From Laetmonice hystrix (lineage: Eukaryota): a stretch of DNA of 64,000 bases. The notes under the pieces are model-generated. The model saw only the letters and a program-made list of their open reading frames with translations. It was not told where the DNA came from and did no database searches. Position numbers and translations under genes: made by a program. Below, in pieces: positions 10,901 to 22,200 of this stretch. The stretch spans positions 15,996,001-16,060,000 of the forward strand of contig OZ249446.1 in assembly GCA_965235115.1 (NCBI GenBank). Reading direction: 5' to 3'. The number at the start of each line of letters is the position of its first letter. Position 1 is the stretch's first letter.

Positions 10901-13900
10901 AACAAAAAAGGACGCTTTTTAAAAGTTTAGGGGCAGTTGGTTAAATTATATCTTTTTTCTCCTTTTTTTGCCTTACGCTTTGCCATCCCTGTTAGCAAAC
11001 AGGGGGGCCCCAAAAGAAGAAAAGAAAAAAGGATTTTGATTGAATCCAGACGCGTTAGCGGTCTGACATCAGACGTATATTTTAACGGACATGATTGTGC
11101 ATGTCTGCTAATTTAAGCGCGGTGTTATTGCTCTTCTTCTAGTTCACCACTCGCGAACATTTGGCCTGAAGCGATCGCAGGTGCGTGCGTGATGGCTACA
11201 GCAGGGCATCCGTGTGCCTCACCGGTCGACGTCACATGATAGCATGTAACGTGTAGCATGCAACATGTAATTCGGTACTGCTTCAGTCTGCGCAGGATGC
11301 ACCTAACGTCGCTCTATGTACGTATACGCCATGTGTATACACGGAACACAGCCTGGGTGACCGTGACCAGGTGCGGCAAGCGAGAATTATATACGAATGC
11401 GATAATAAAGTTTAATTTTGAAATAAAAGCTGGCTGAAGAGGCAGTTAGATAATTTTTCAATTTTTCATCGATGAATTTTCTCAAGGTGTCGACATAGGC
11501 GTACCTATAGGCTTAGGTGAAATGGGTAAGTATGTTGCATGATAATAAAGCTAATTCATTGTTCATTGTTTTTGTAATCTTCATTAGGCCTAATTCGTTA
11601 CCGACCGGTGTAGGCTACATGAACCGGTAGGCCTAAGTACTGATTAAAATCATTAATTTTGTGATTGTAAACGAATATAGAATTGTAGTTCCATTATATA
11701 CAGTGGAGGGATATATCCCCTTGTGAATATACATGTATTTGTCCTTGGTCTCAACATTATAACCGCTGGTCAACCCGCCTATGAGCCGACCTGTGACGTA
11801 ATGGGTAGTGAGGCGGTTGAGTTTGTCCGCGGTCACCGCTTGGGGGCGTATGTATCTGCCACGCCTCTTGCGCCACCTACCGTGAAATATTGCGCTGAAT
11901 GTATGCCTGACTGACCGGCAGTCGGTATAACTGACTTAAATTGCGACGCACATTCGTGTGTTCGTGTTACAAGCTCGGGCCTACAGTATAGGTATAATAT
12001 CTAGTTCTGTGCAGATGTGATCACACACCGAACAGGTGCCATGGCATTAAGCCTATACGGCTTAAAACAGGGATAATGAAATTAGGCTGATTGTGAATGC
12101 GGACCTACCTCCCGTGTAGCCAAGTTACATAGGCCCTCCAGGGGTATTAGATCTAAGTAGAATACATACGAATTTAAGTTTGTATATTTTGCATGGTGTA
12201 TTTAAAGACGGAGTTTGTTTGGCTTTTATATGGAATTCCGCACGCCACCTCATGATGCACCCACTCGCGTGCCTGTATAGATCTAAGCTAGGTCAAGTTA
12301 ACGGTCCCGTTCAGAAAAAAAACCCACTAGATCTCGTACATCTTGTATGTGTGTTGATGTCATAAAAAAACTCAACCTTCTGTATAGTCCTTTGCCCTAT
12401 ATTAATTATACGCATGTCTTTTTTAATTATTTTTTTATGAATGTGCAAAGACCGCACAAAACAAGGTGTGGCGACCCTATCTACTTTGTTCCTGTGGCGT
12501 TGACAGTGGCTTATTACGAGTAGGATTAATGCCATATGGTCGGGTTTTCGACGCGGTCGGAAGGCGTCTTACACACATGCTCAGCTTTCTATGTTATACG
12601 TTCAAAGGTTAATAGACGGTAATCCATTAGCTAATTGAAGGATCGCTATTTTTACGGCATCGCCATTGTTCTTACTTCCGAGAGACAACAAAAGGCGAGT
12701 GTTTTAAGGGTGCGTCTCTATATGGACGCGATGGTGAACAGTCATACCGAGACGCCATCTATAACGGCGCAAAATGACGGGGCTTTTCATGTTCCTTGTA
12801 GCCTTTGAAACGTTTTTTCCCAGAACATATTACAGTTGTCGAATAGTCACTGAATATAATATAAATAATCGCAAAGGTCATTTCAAATGTCGTATGGTGA
12901 GTATAATAAACAAGGGATAAATATTTAGTGTTGGTGATATACGTTGTATGTATTTATGCAGACTCCGTGCGCGTACGTTTGAAATCCTTGTAGATATCTA
13001 AGTCGTTAACGGGCTCTTTATAAACATGTCTTTTTTTGGTGGTTTTTGTTTTGTTTTTGCTTATTTGTGCGGAAGGGCGTTCATACAACACAGATACATA
13101 CATACATATAATTTACGCAAAGTCAGCAACCATTTTTATTGACAAAAGAGAAGCAAGTTTAAAATGTGGAGGGACAAAGATCGACACAAGGAACAGAGCT
13201 TGCGGTAACAATTAAACTACACCCCTTTTACCGGAACGTTGTTTTTTTTATCACACATTGACAAATACACATCTTCAGGCTCTCCGCATACATTATATAC
13301 ACTTACCATCTTTATGTTATGACTTTGTTGTCAATATCACTATTTTCCTCGGATGATATGCTGGTGTGGGTATCCCCCGAAGGCGGACTCCCTGCGACTT
13401 CGACAAAGTTTGTTGTTGATCAATGTACAACCCCGACGAGAGTATAAAAAGGACGAACTAAGTCTTTGCAACAAGGATACCATGTTAATAGGAAGAATGA
13501 TTCCTAGTCCCTACAACCCGCGGAGAGATGGGGTCATGTTCATGGATGGTATCTCGATCTCAAAGAGGAGCATTACCGTGGGTTTGGGTGCTCTCCCATG
13601 GATGTGTACGAATTCCCCTGCCACGGGCGAAATTCGTACAGCACTGCTCACGCGCTCCTTCACGGTTTTTACAGAAAGGATCAGAACCCATAATAGCAGA
13701 CACATCAAAGTGGTCCCCACGCTCAAAGAGAGAATGCATCTCTAAACGGGCACCCGCAATTAATTCATTGTAGGGTAGCGATATAGTATGGCCCAGTGCT
13801 TGGCGACAGGGAACACGTAGGCCTCCGGGACATGGGTCACCTCCACATGAATGAAGTGCTCCTGGAAATAGAGCAGACATCTCGTGAAGCTGGGGCAAAA

Positions 13901-14102
13901 AAAGGGTGATATTTTTTTTTATTGATGGTTCCCTTTTCGCCTCCGAGCTTAGTCATCTGCGATTGCAGTCAGAACCTTGGTTACAGAGGAATAAAAACCA
14001 TGGTACAATCCAGAAGCCAATTGATGCTGCATTATATGGCGTGCATACGTCACATGTAGGGTTGACCGCTCAGATTGAGATCAGTAACTTACGAGGACAT
14101 TG

Positions 14103-14637
14103 TTAAGCACTGAAGTGAAGGTTGTCCTTAGTGTTCCTCGTTCCCACGTCATCTTTGAAGGTTCCCAGAGTTTTCATCTCTGTGGCAAACTGGAGCTCGT
14201 TTCCATATGTTCGATCTAATGTCCTCACTACGTCGGGATCGAGTTCACAGAATGTCACGTGACTCGACCCGGGATCTCGTATATTGTCTGGTGACGTCAC
14301 GGTTGGCGGGCACTGCGAGTCCCTAATGTCGAGCTCTTGTAATTTGACGGGAACACACTTGCAGTTTAGCGGACCGTAAATGCCAGCGGAATACAATTTA
14401 TCGTATTTTAGCCTCCGTGGCTTGGAATTGGGAGAGTCCCACATGTAGGCGTAGTCACAGTTGGAGAGACTCGTCATCTCGCGAGAACACACCGTGCACG
14501 CCTGACGCGACTCGTAAATCGGTTCGCGTTGTTGCTGGTAGGTGTCGCTGCAACCTCGACCAACGATGTCCTCGGAAGCACATGTCATGCCCATCATGTT
14601 ACTTGGTTTCGAATGTCGGTGTCGCCTTTGCCCCTTT
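14103..14637 (-). CDS. Lectin-CUB-sushi receptor, terminal exon (cytoplasmic tail)
   Basis: ttcatttgtttacAG|aaagg; phase 2 matches the TM exon; KGQRRHRHSKPSNMMG...EPIYES...DYAYMWDSP...LKYDKLYSAGIYGPL...FCELDP...HFSA*, stop at 14103-14105. Confidence 0.85.
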
Positions 14638-15862
14638 CTGTAAACAAATGAAGAAACACAATGAAGTTGCTAATATCATTACGACGCATCAAAGGATAAA
14701 ATCAGCGCGGATTAATGTTTCCCCCTTTTCGATCAATTAGAAACATGATAGACCTAAGTGTGTATTACTTCGTTAAATATGCACCCATACAGTGTGGCTA
14801 TATAGTTTTTATTCTATTATTAAATAGAAAGTGGGCAACATTTTCGCAATAACTGCAGCTCGCTTGCATGTTTTGCTGTATCCCTGCCAACTGCTGTCTG
14901 TCATCATATATCCGATTTCTCCAGCCTGACGCCGATGTCTAAAAGACGCTGGCTCCTGTAGTTTTTTCTTTCCTCCAGGAGAGATCGACTTTGCTATAGA
15001 CATGCGCAAAATGCGAGCGCTTCGGCTCCCCCGCCCCTCCCTTTTCCTCATGGCCGTGTGCCACGCGGAAGGTTGGCCGGTTGAGCATTTTAAGCACATG
15101 CAAACTTGTTTTCTCTTTAAACAGCACTGCGGCCACGCAGTTCATATATTCCAAGGTGGACCCCTATGCCTCGACGTGGCAAAATAGATATGTCCAATAG
15201 ATGCCGGTGAGGTAGATCTACTTTTGATCGATTTTCACGGGAATCTTGGTTTTGGTTGTCAGGCCTTGGGTTTGTGCAGGTTCATTTGGCAAAAATATTA
15301 CCCCTACTGGGAAGTCTCCGTGCGCGGCAAATATGAACAATTTGTAACCCCCAGCGGTTTATGGAGGTATAAGTCTATATCAAGTCAACACGGCCGTCAA
15401 AGTTAACTCAATTCTTGAGATGCGTGGGATTTCCCTCGTATCTCAGTGATAATGCCAGTACGCCCCTAAATATTTGGAAGGTCATACAGGGCAGGAGATT
15501 GACTATCGGCAGTCCATCTGTTACAAAGGAAATCGTGTTGCAAATAAGGCCAAGCCTCGATGGATTTGGACGAGTGTCCGCGAAATTAAAGATATACCGG
15601 TCGTGGTCGATAGTTTTGAGCACACGTGTTGTCGACATCACCAACCATCAAAGCAGACACGAGTTGGAGTCATTTGAATTAGGTAGCAGAAAGCAGTTTG
15701 TGTTGGTGTAATATCAGCTCGCTGGGATATAGATCTTGCTAGATTCAATTCGTTGGTCGCCTTGAAGGAAATTATAAAAGCACGGCTCGCCTTGCCGCAT
15801 AGCAAGTAACAGATGCGCGTGGAAAAATCAATGTTGCCATGTTGAGTCTGTCAAGTAAAGCT

Positions 15863-16251
15863 NNNNNNNNNNNNNNNNNNNNNNNNNNNNNNNNNNNNNN
15901 NNNNNNNNNNNNNNNNNNNNNNNNNNNNNNNNNNNNNNNNNNNNNNNNNNNNNNNNNNNNNNNNNNNNNNNNNNNNNNNNNNNNNNNNNNNNNNNNNNNN
16001 NNNNNNNNNNNNNNNNNNNNNNNNNNNNNNNNNNNNNNNNNNNNNNNNNNNNNNNNNNNNNNNNNNNNNNNNNNNNNNNNNNNNNNNNNNNNNNNNNNNN
16101 NNNNNNNNNNNNNNNNNNNNNNNNNNNNNNNNNNNNNNNNNNNNNNNNNNNNNNNNNNNNNNNNNNNNNNNNNNNNNNNNNNNNNNNNNNNNNNNNNNNN
16201 NNNNNNNNNNNNNNNNNNNNNNNNNNNNNNNNNNNNNNNNNNNNNNNNNNN
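15863..16251. other. Assembly gap (389 N)
   Basis: Run of N in the last intron of the receptor gene; flanking exon phases (2 and 2) are already compatible, so no missing exon is required. Confidence 0.99.
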
Positions 16252-16849
16252 GCGCCGCATGACGTGAGTGTCCGTGGATTGCATGATAATAATACATTTC
16301 GATGGTTGAAACGTATGTCTATACTGGCTTCTGTCCAGCATCATATTATTTCAAACTCTCCAGGGTTTTAGCCTAAACCCCTGTTAGATAGAGGCTAGAT
16401 AATTAGCATAATAGCTTTCTGTCAGTGTTGAAAAACTGCGACAAAACGGAAGGCCAATCATCTTTTAGTACAAGACTGTACCTGGTTATTTTATGGCTAA
16501 TTATATATTTCTTACGTATGTGAGATAAAAAGCTGATTGTAGTTTTCTTCGTGCAACTGCGTCAGAAAAAAAACCTTAAAATGTCTCCGTGAAGCTCTTC
16601 TCTTCATTCCTTAGGGGTTATCTTCTCCCTTCTTATGTCAACATAATTCTGTCATTCGCGGGAATATTAGAAGCAAACTGTCAGCCTCTATAATTATTAC
16701 GTGTAAAAACCTTTCCTGATATAGAGAAAACAAGTCACAATGTCTTCTTCCCATACATGTTCAAAGATGTATTACATCTTTATATCTATATCATTTCTTT
16801 TAATAATCTATCGTGCCTATGTATATGGAAACAGTTGTAATGTACCCAC

Positions 16850-16931
16850 CGCCTGAAGTAATAGACGCCCATCATGAGTATGACGAAACTGATGAGGCAC
16901 GCAATGCCGGCCACAATAGCGATGAGGATTG
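16850..16931 (-). CDS. Lectin-CUB-sushi receptor, transmembrane exon (phase 1-2)
   Basis: gtattccAG|caatc ... GGCG|GTgggt; (A)ILIAIVAGIACLISFVILMMGVYYFR(R) is a roughly 23-residue hydrophobic helix followed by a basic stop-transfer RRKGQRRHR after splicing. Confidence 0.88.
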
Positions 16932-18074
16932 CTGGAATACACCATTACATGGAGGCATTATGCCTCATACTCCTTTATCTTTTCAGTTTGACCTCAGTAT
17001 ACAGTTATCCCAAAGTTGACAGTGGGTATAGGAATAGACAAGCAAAACTTACGCCGATAATGCTAATGCGTTAATAGGTGAAGCAATAGGAAAGGCTGCA
17101 GTGCGGCCCATCTGATCGAAATTAGCATTTTTAAATCTAAGAAACATAAAATGTATTAAGGACTATTCAATAGAGGTTTAAATTTAATGCTTTTAAATAT
17201 TATAATAAATTTAGAAAAGAAAGTCAAAATATTCGTTTACTATAGCCAGTAAAATCTATAACAACAGTGCTAACACATAAAGGCCGCAAAGAGACAATTA
17301 AGGTCAAACTATTAATTCTTTACATAAAGTTTTTAACTCGCGGAACTAACTTTCACTAGTGGAAAATAAATAGACAAATCCTATTACATAGATAAACGCA
17401 AACAAAGAGAATTCCTGGTGTGGCTCATGTCAAGGGTTTGACTGCACTCGATACCATAAGTCTCAAAAAGGTTATATATATGAAAAAAATGTATGGCGTT
17501 TTAAAATGCAGCGATTCTTCAGAACAAAGAAAGTATTATCAATCGACGTATCTACAAACACTGATGTTCCGGAGGATCGATTTACGCCTCTTTTAAAATC
17601 TATACAAGTAGGATGAAAAAACAAACTGGCACGCCACTGAATTCCTTCTTCCTTTTTATGGACACTACATAGTTACGTTCTTTTTGTGGCCGGAAGTTCA
17701 TTTAATTAGTTCTATCTAAAGATTGATCGCAAAGTATTTGCACTGGAACACGTGCTGTGAGTGCCATTGTAAAATTATTGACAGTGCTCATGCTATAGAA
17801 CAAAGGGCCGATACCGACGGGTAAGTAGCGTTTATTTACAAACATTGCTGAGCAAGAGGGACCTTTAACTAAAAAAAGGCCTAGAAGGGACAAACTTGAA
17901 CATAACGACATAACATGATGCAGGTCGAGCTCCTTGGAACTTATTCGGGCTCAACCCCGATGGGTGCTCTTAGGGTATACAACAGCGGGAGATATGAGAA
18001 AGGGAAGGGATAAACTGTAATATGATCGGGCATTGACGATTTCATGCACCGGTGAAATGGATAACAACACTCAC

Positions 18075-18131
18075 CTGGCGGCAGGGACATGACATCAAAG
18101 GCCAGGTGAGCCAGGTCGCCCTCTTCATCGA
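18075..18131 (-). CDS. Lectin-CUB-sushi receptor, 57-nt juxtamembrane stalk exon (phase 1-1)
   Basis: gtgctttcAG|tcgat ... CCAG|GTgagt; (V)DEEGDLAHLAFDVMSLPP; strong splice sites and phase fit both neighbours. Confidence 0.75.
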
Positions 18132-19019
18132 CTGAAAGCACAGATCAGTACCTGTCAGCAGATCTGTCTAAGTTAGCACGGCGTCAGCAGCAAGGGAACA
18201 GCATTATCGTCTACAAAGTTTTCCCCGTATTAGAGTGCAACATAGTCGATACACGCTCTTCGGAAAATGCTAATATTGGTATAGGTAGAGAATTATCTGG
18301 TACAAATCCATAATGTACCTGTGGTGAAATCTTAATGTGACAAAGGTGTGCCAGTGAAAGGAACAAAAGAACAATGGCCATATGAATGGCTAATTTTAAA
18401 ACGGAGAACTGTTGTTGACGATAGAAGGTCATGTACGCCTGTATCGTTTTTTATTACCACAAGGCGTTGTCTATACATTGGCAGAGCCACCGTCACAGCG
18501 GCTGTGGGAGAAGGGACTTCTATCCCCATCCCAGCCGTCAAGCTGCACGCATGCGCTGCTGGCGGAATACACAGGTATGTCACATACAACATGCCAAGCG
18601 GCTCAGCTGTTGTTTCTCACACCTTTAAAATTCTGTGTGATATGGAAATCAGCCAGAAGCTCTGCCTGAAGTGTATGGAATTTAGTGGGTATCGTTTGTG
18701 GATGGTTCTTAAACGCCATGCCTATCCCCGGAACGATTGAGTTGTTGATATCGGGATATCTGGCTCTTGATCACAGGGCCGCTCTCCTCACCCCTTCAAG
18801 CGGCATATTAAAAGGTTTGTCAGTGTTGGGTCTACCTGCTGCATGGGCGGATGTTTTCCCCGGTTGCTACAGTTTCTTTCGCCTGTAAAACTAACCCTTA
18901 CTATGGCTGAGGCGTAAGGTCTATCAAAATCTATTGTATATATATAGATCCGACAGTTGCCCCCCCCCCTCCGAAGTATAGGTGATTCGGATAGCCATGC
19001 CGGGTAAATGACCTTTTTA

Positions 19020-19250
19020 CCTGTGTCATCCAGTTGCGTAGAACTGGCTGGAAGTCAGGGATTGCGGTTCATTCCATGCGATAGTCCATAAATCAACCCT
19101 CATGGCCACTGAGTTGCCAAGATATGCTTGACCCCATCCGTCACCTTTTTACATAAAGGACGGTGTGGGCTATAGGGCCGCACTCCCACCCTGTGCCTCA
19201 GTGCAACTTGGAGTTAAGGTTCAATGTACAGATAGAATCTATAGATTCCT
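19020..19250 (+). mobile_element. Degenerate tRNA-headed SINE-like relic
   Basis: A-box-like CAGTTGCGTAGA (19031), anticodon-arm-like CTGGCTGGAAGTCAG and B-box-like GGTTCATTCC (19066-19075) in tRNA spacing, but no acceptor stem. The 3' boundary is a guess. Confidence 0.4.
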
Positions 19251-22200
19251 GGCCTGAGCAGATACGACTGATTGACTATAATGTGTGGACCTAGGCCTAT
19301 AAAGACCATGGTCTATTCCCTTGGGTCTCTCAGGACCTTAAAAATGTTTAGGTCGAAACTTGCGCCTAGCTGCTGTTGTAGAGTAATTGACATCATGACA
19401 TGGAAGGAAATGGGGAATAATCCTGTTAACCCCTGAAGACTTTTCAACTAATGTATAAGATAAGGTTAGAATAACCAAACTTGTCTTTACGAATTAGACA
19501 AACTCTGAAACCAACTTAATATGCTGTCTAGGGATAGGCCTGGGCTATGCAGGGCAAGACTCCTGATTGGAGCACCCACCATTGTTTATCCACGTGTTGA
19601 TTATTTTTGCCTCATTTTGCCCACCTCTTGACACCTCCCGCAGGTCTTGTCGGCCAGTCTTAACGTTGATAATGAGGCCAGTGGCCAAGCCCCTCTGAGC
19701 CTCTAGGTGGCAATCAATATGGGAAACTGATCGTGGGTGCCAAGATCCGTCTTATTTACACCATCTCTTTCTCACGTATTCCGTCGGCGTACAGGTCCAT
19801 TAAGTCGACTGTCACATTATACACGTCCCTGTGTTCGCTAAGCCCCGACCCGACCTGTTCAATACATCGGCCACACGACAAGCCCTCGGCTTGCGACCTC
19901 TAATAGAGGTCTTATTGGAGGAGGCGACGGGCGATAATTGGGGGTTATGATGCCGGTCGAAGGCGATAATTGGGATGCAGACTCCGCTGAGCAAAGTTAA
20001 TATTAGTAGAGCAACGTACGACAGGCTGGCTGTTTGCTACACAAACTGACGAAAGGTAATAGCGTGAATTATAATTATTATGTCCTTCACGGTTCTAGAA
20101 AAAAATCGCATAAGAAATATTTTGCTATGGTAAACTGTAGGCTCCTAGATCCGTAGATGCTGTGTGATTTAACAAACCTATTGTGAATCCACCCTGCTAA
20201 GGGTTAAGGAGTGTAAGCAGTAGGGTCATACGGTGATGACCAATGGTGTTAGCCGTCACTAAGTCCGACCCAGCAAACATTGTGTGCCTGCAATCCGTAA
20301 CCATATCCTTGCCGAAGGTCTACCAGCGACCTATAGGCCTATTACTATGATGTGAGAGAGAGAATGTCAAACGTATTGATTGACCCGAGGTCTGCAATGC
20401 AAGCGGTTATTTAATAGATCTCTTGAAATGGTGTTTTTTTTATGACCCGCCTATATGTCAGATCATGTGGCACACATATCCTACATTGATTGTTGCTTAC
20501 ATGACGTATGTATCCAATATATGCACGCTCAGTCAATAGGCCTATGTTTTATGCAGCTCCATTTGAAAGCCGATATTTAGCTAGGCCAATACCCAGTTTT
20601 CCGCCCTCACAGTTCGTTGAGGAGTTGGATATCTCCAGACTAACGGTGCCTGTTATATGCAGATCATAACACCCGTGTCCAATCGCTGTGACCAGATTGA
20701 GGAAGTGTCGGAAGGCCCCAATATTTGTATGCCCAAACACCCAGAGAAAACGAACACCATTGAAAAGAATGCACTCTGATAGAAAGGCTCCATTATCGGT
20801 CTGCATTTCATCAATTTCAGCCCGAATTCTGGTAGATTGTTGTGTCGATGAGAAACAGGAAAGGCGGCAATGAATGCTCGTTTCTTGGGGAGTGAAGGGG
20901 GTACCGCCGCACGTTTGGCCTTCAGGGGATTGCGACATGAACTTCCACAAGCTTTTACTCTCAACTGTCGATCGTAGAGGGATACAGGAATTTGAGGACG
21001 GCAACGCAGAGAGAGGAGACGTCGTTGGAACTTTATCTCCGTGATGCATACTGGACCCAGCTACCTTGCACACAATTAAACCGGCAACGAATCACGGACC
21101 CTACCGGCATCCTGGGTCAAGAATCTCCACGAATGAAACTAGTGAACCGAGATTCTCCCTCGCGACACTCCATGCGATAATTGGTATCATTTGTGGGCCA
21201 TGGTGTCGCGTCGAGCACGAGCGATGTCAGGAGCGAACGTGTCGCGTAGCGTTCAGTTTTCCTTTCCATGCGTCCTGGCCGAGCTGGAGCGTGTATCAAG
21301 CAGGATATTATGCATGAACGACTGCCACTAACCAGGGCAATCCGCTGCTTTTCTTATCTTGGCTTCATCTGCTGGGCTTGAGGGTGAATCAGGCATGACA
21401 CAAATAGGTTTTAACGCAAGGTTCCTAAATCATTTAAAATTCCTAAAATTTTGGAATCGGGCAATGTTTGGGTGTTGGCATTTACTACCTTAGAATTGTT
21501 CGTATATATATAAATCAAGTATATAACTTAAACCGAAAAACACCTTCCGTTTCCTGGCCTAGACACAACCACAGTCCCATAGGGGAACCGCTAAAAACCG
21601 TTATTGACCTACCCAAAAGTATAAGGATGATTCATCATGTTCACCGCTGCGGCAAACCCCTGAACAAGATAGGTCCTTGTGCATGCATGCCAAGATATAC
21701 TTAGTACGCTGCATTTCTTTACCACATCTGCGTTGAGAAATTGCTGCAAATTAGTGCTTATGGTGACGGTATTCTCCCACCGAATGTACTATGTAATCGC
21801 CAAGAAATGTGGCGTGGGCCTCTTCAGCTTTGAGCAGGGTCACGTCGGCGTTGGTCGTTTGATCAATTAAGGCACCACGAGACGTGTATTCATCGTTTCT
21901 TACTGCCGCCAATATTGCTATCAAAATGTCGTGTTCGCTTGATATCGATGCATCATCTGGCTATAAGGTTAGTATATGACCTCTTGATAAATGCTTACCT
22001 CTCACGACAAAGGGAACTCTTTCTTATATCAGGAATTCCAATGGGTGCGCCTCGCCGGAACGTCCTTGCCAATTAGAGACTCGCTCATTGTATGACTTCC
22101 TGCCCTCACAGAACATATATTTATATACTAACTACCAATTACGGGCAAGGCTTCCACTCTAGAGACACTTCCTTGGTATCTGTTTTTCATCGCCAAACGA

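Noticed and set aside
15772-16344. ORFs of 142-190 aa
   Set aside because: Artefacts of the 389-N gap.
19020-19090. Functional tRNA gene
   Set aside because: A/B-box-like motifs are present but there is no acceptor stem or 7-nt anticodon loop; treated as a SINE relic.
20549-21073. 174-aa minus-strand ORF inside the receptor intron, loosely bracketed by CCCAGCA (20269) and TGCTGGG (21370-21376)
   Set aside because: No recognisable domain and no convincing phase-1 splice sites; the inverted match is only 7-8 bp with no TSD.
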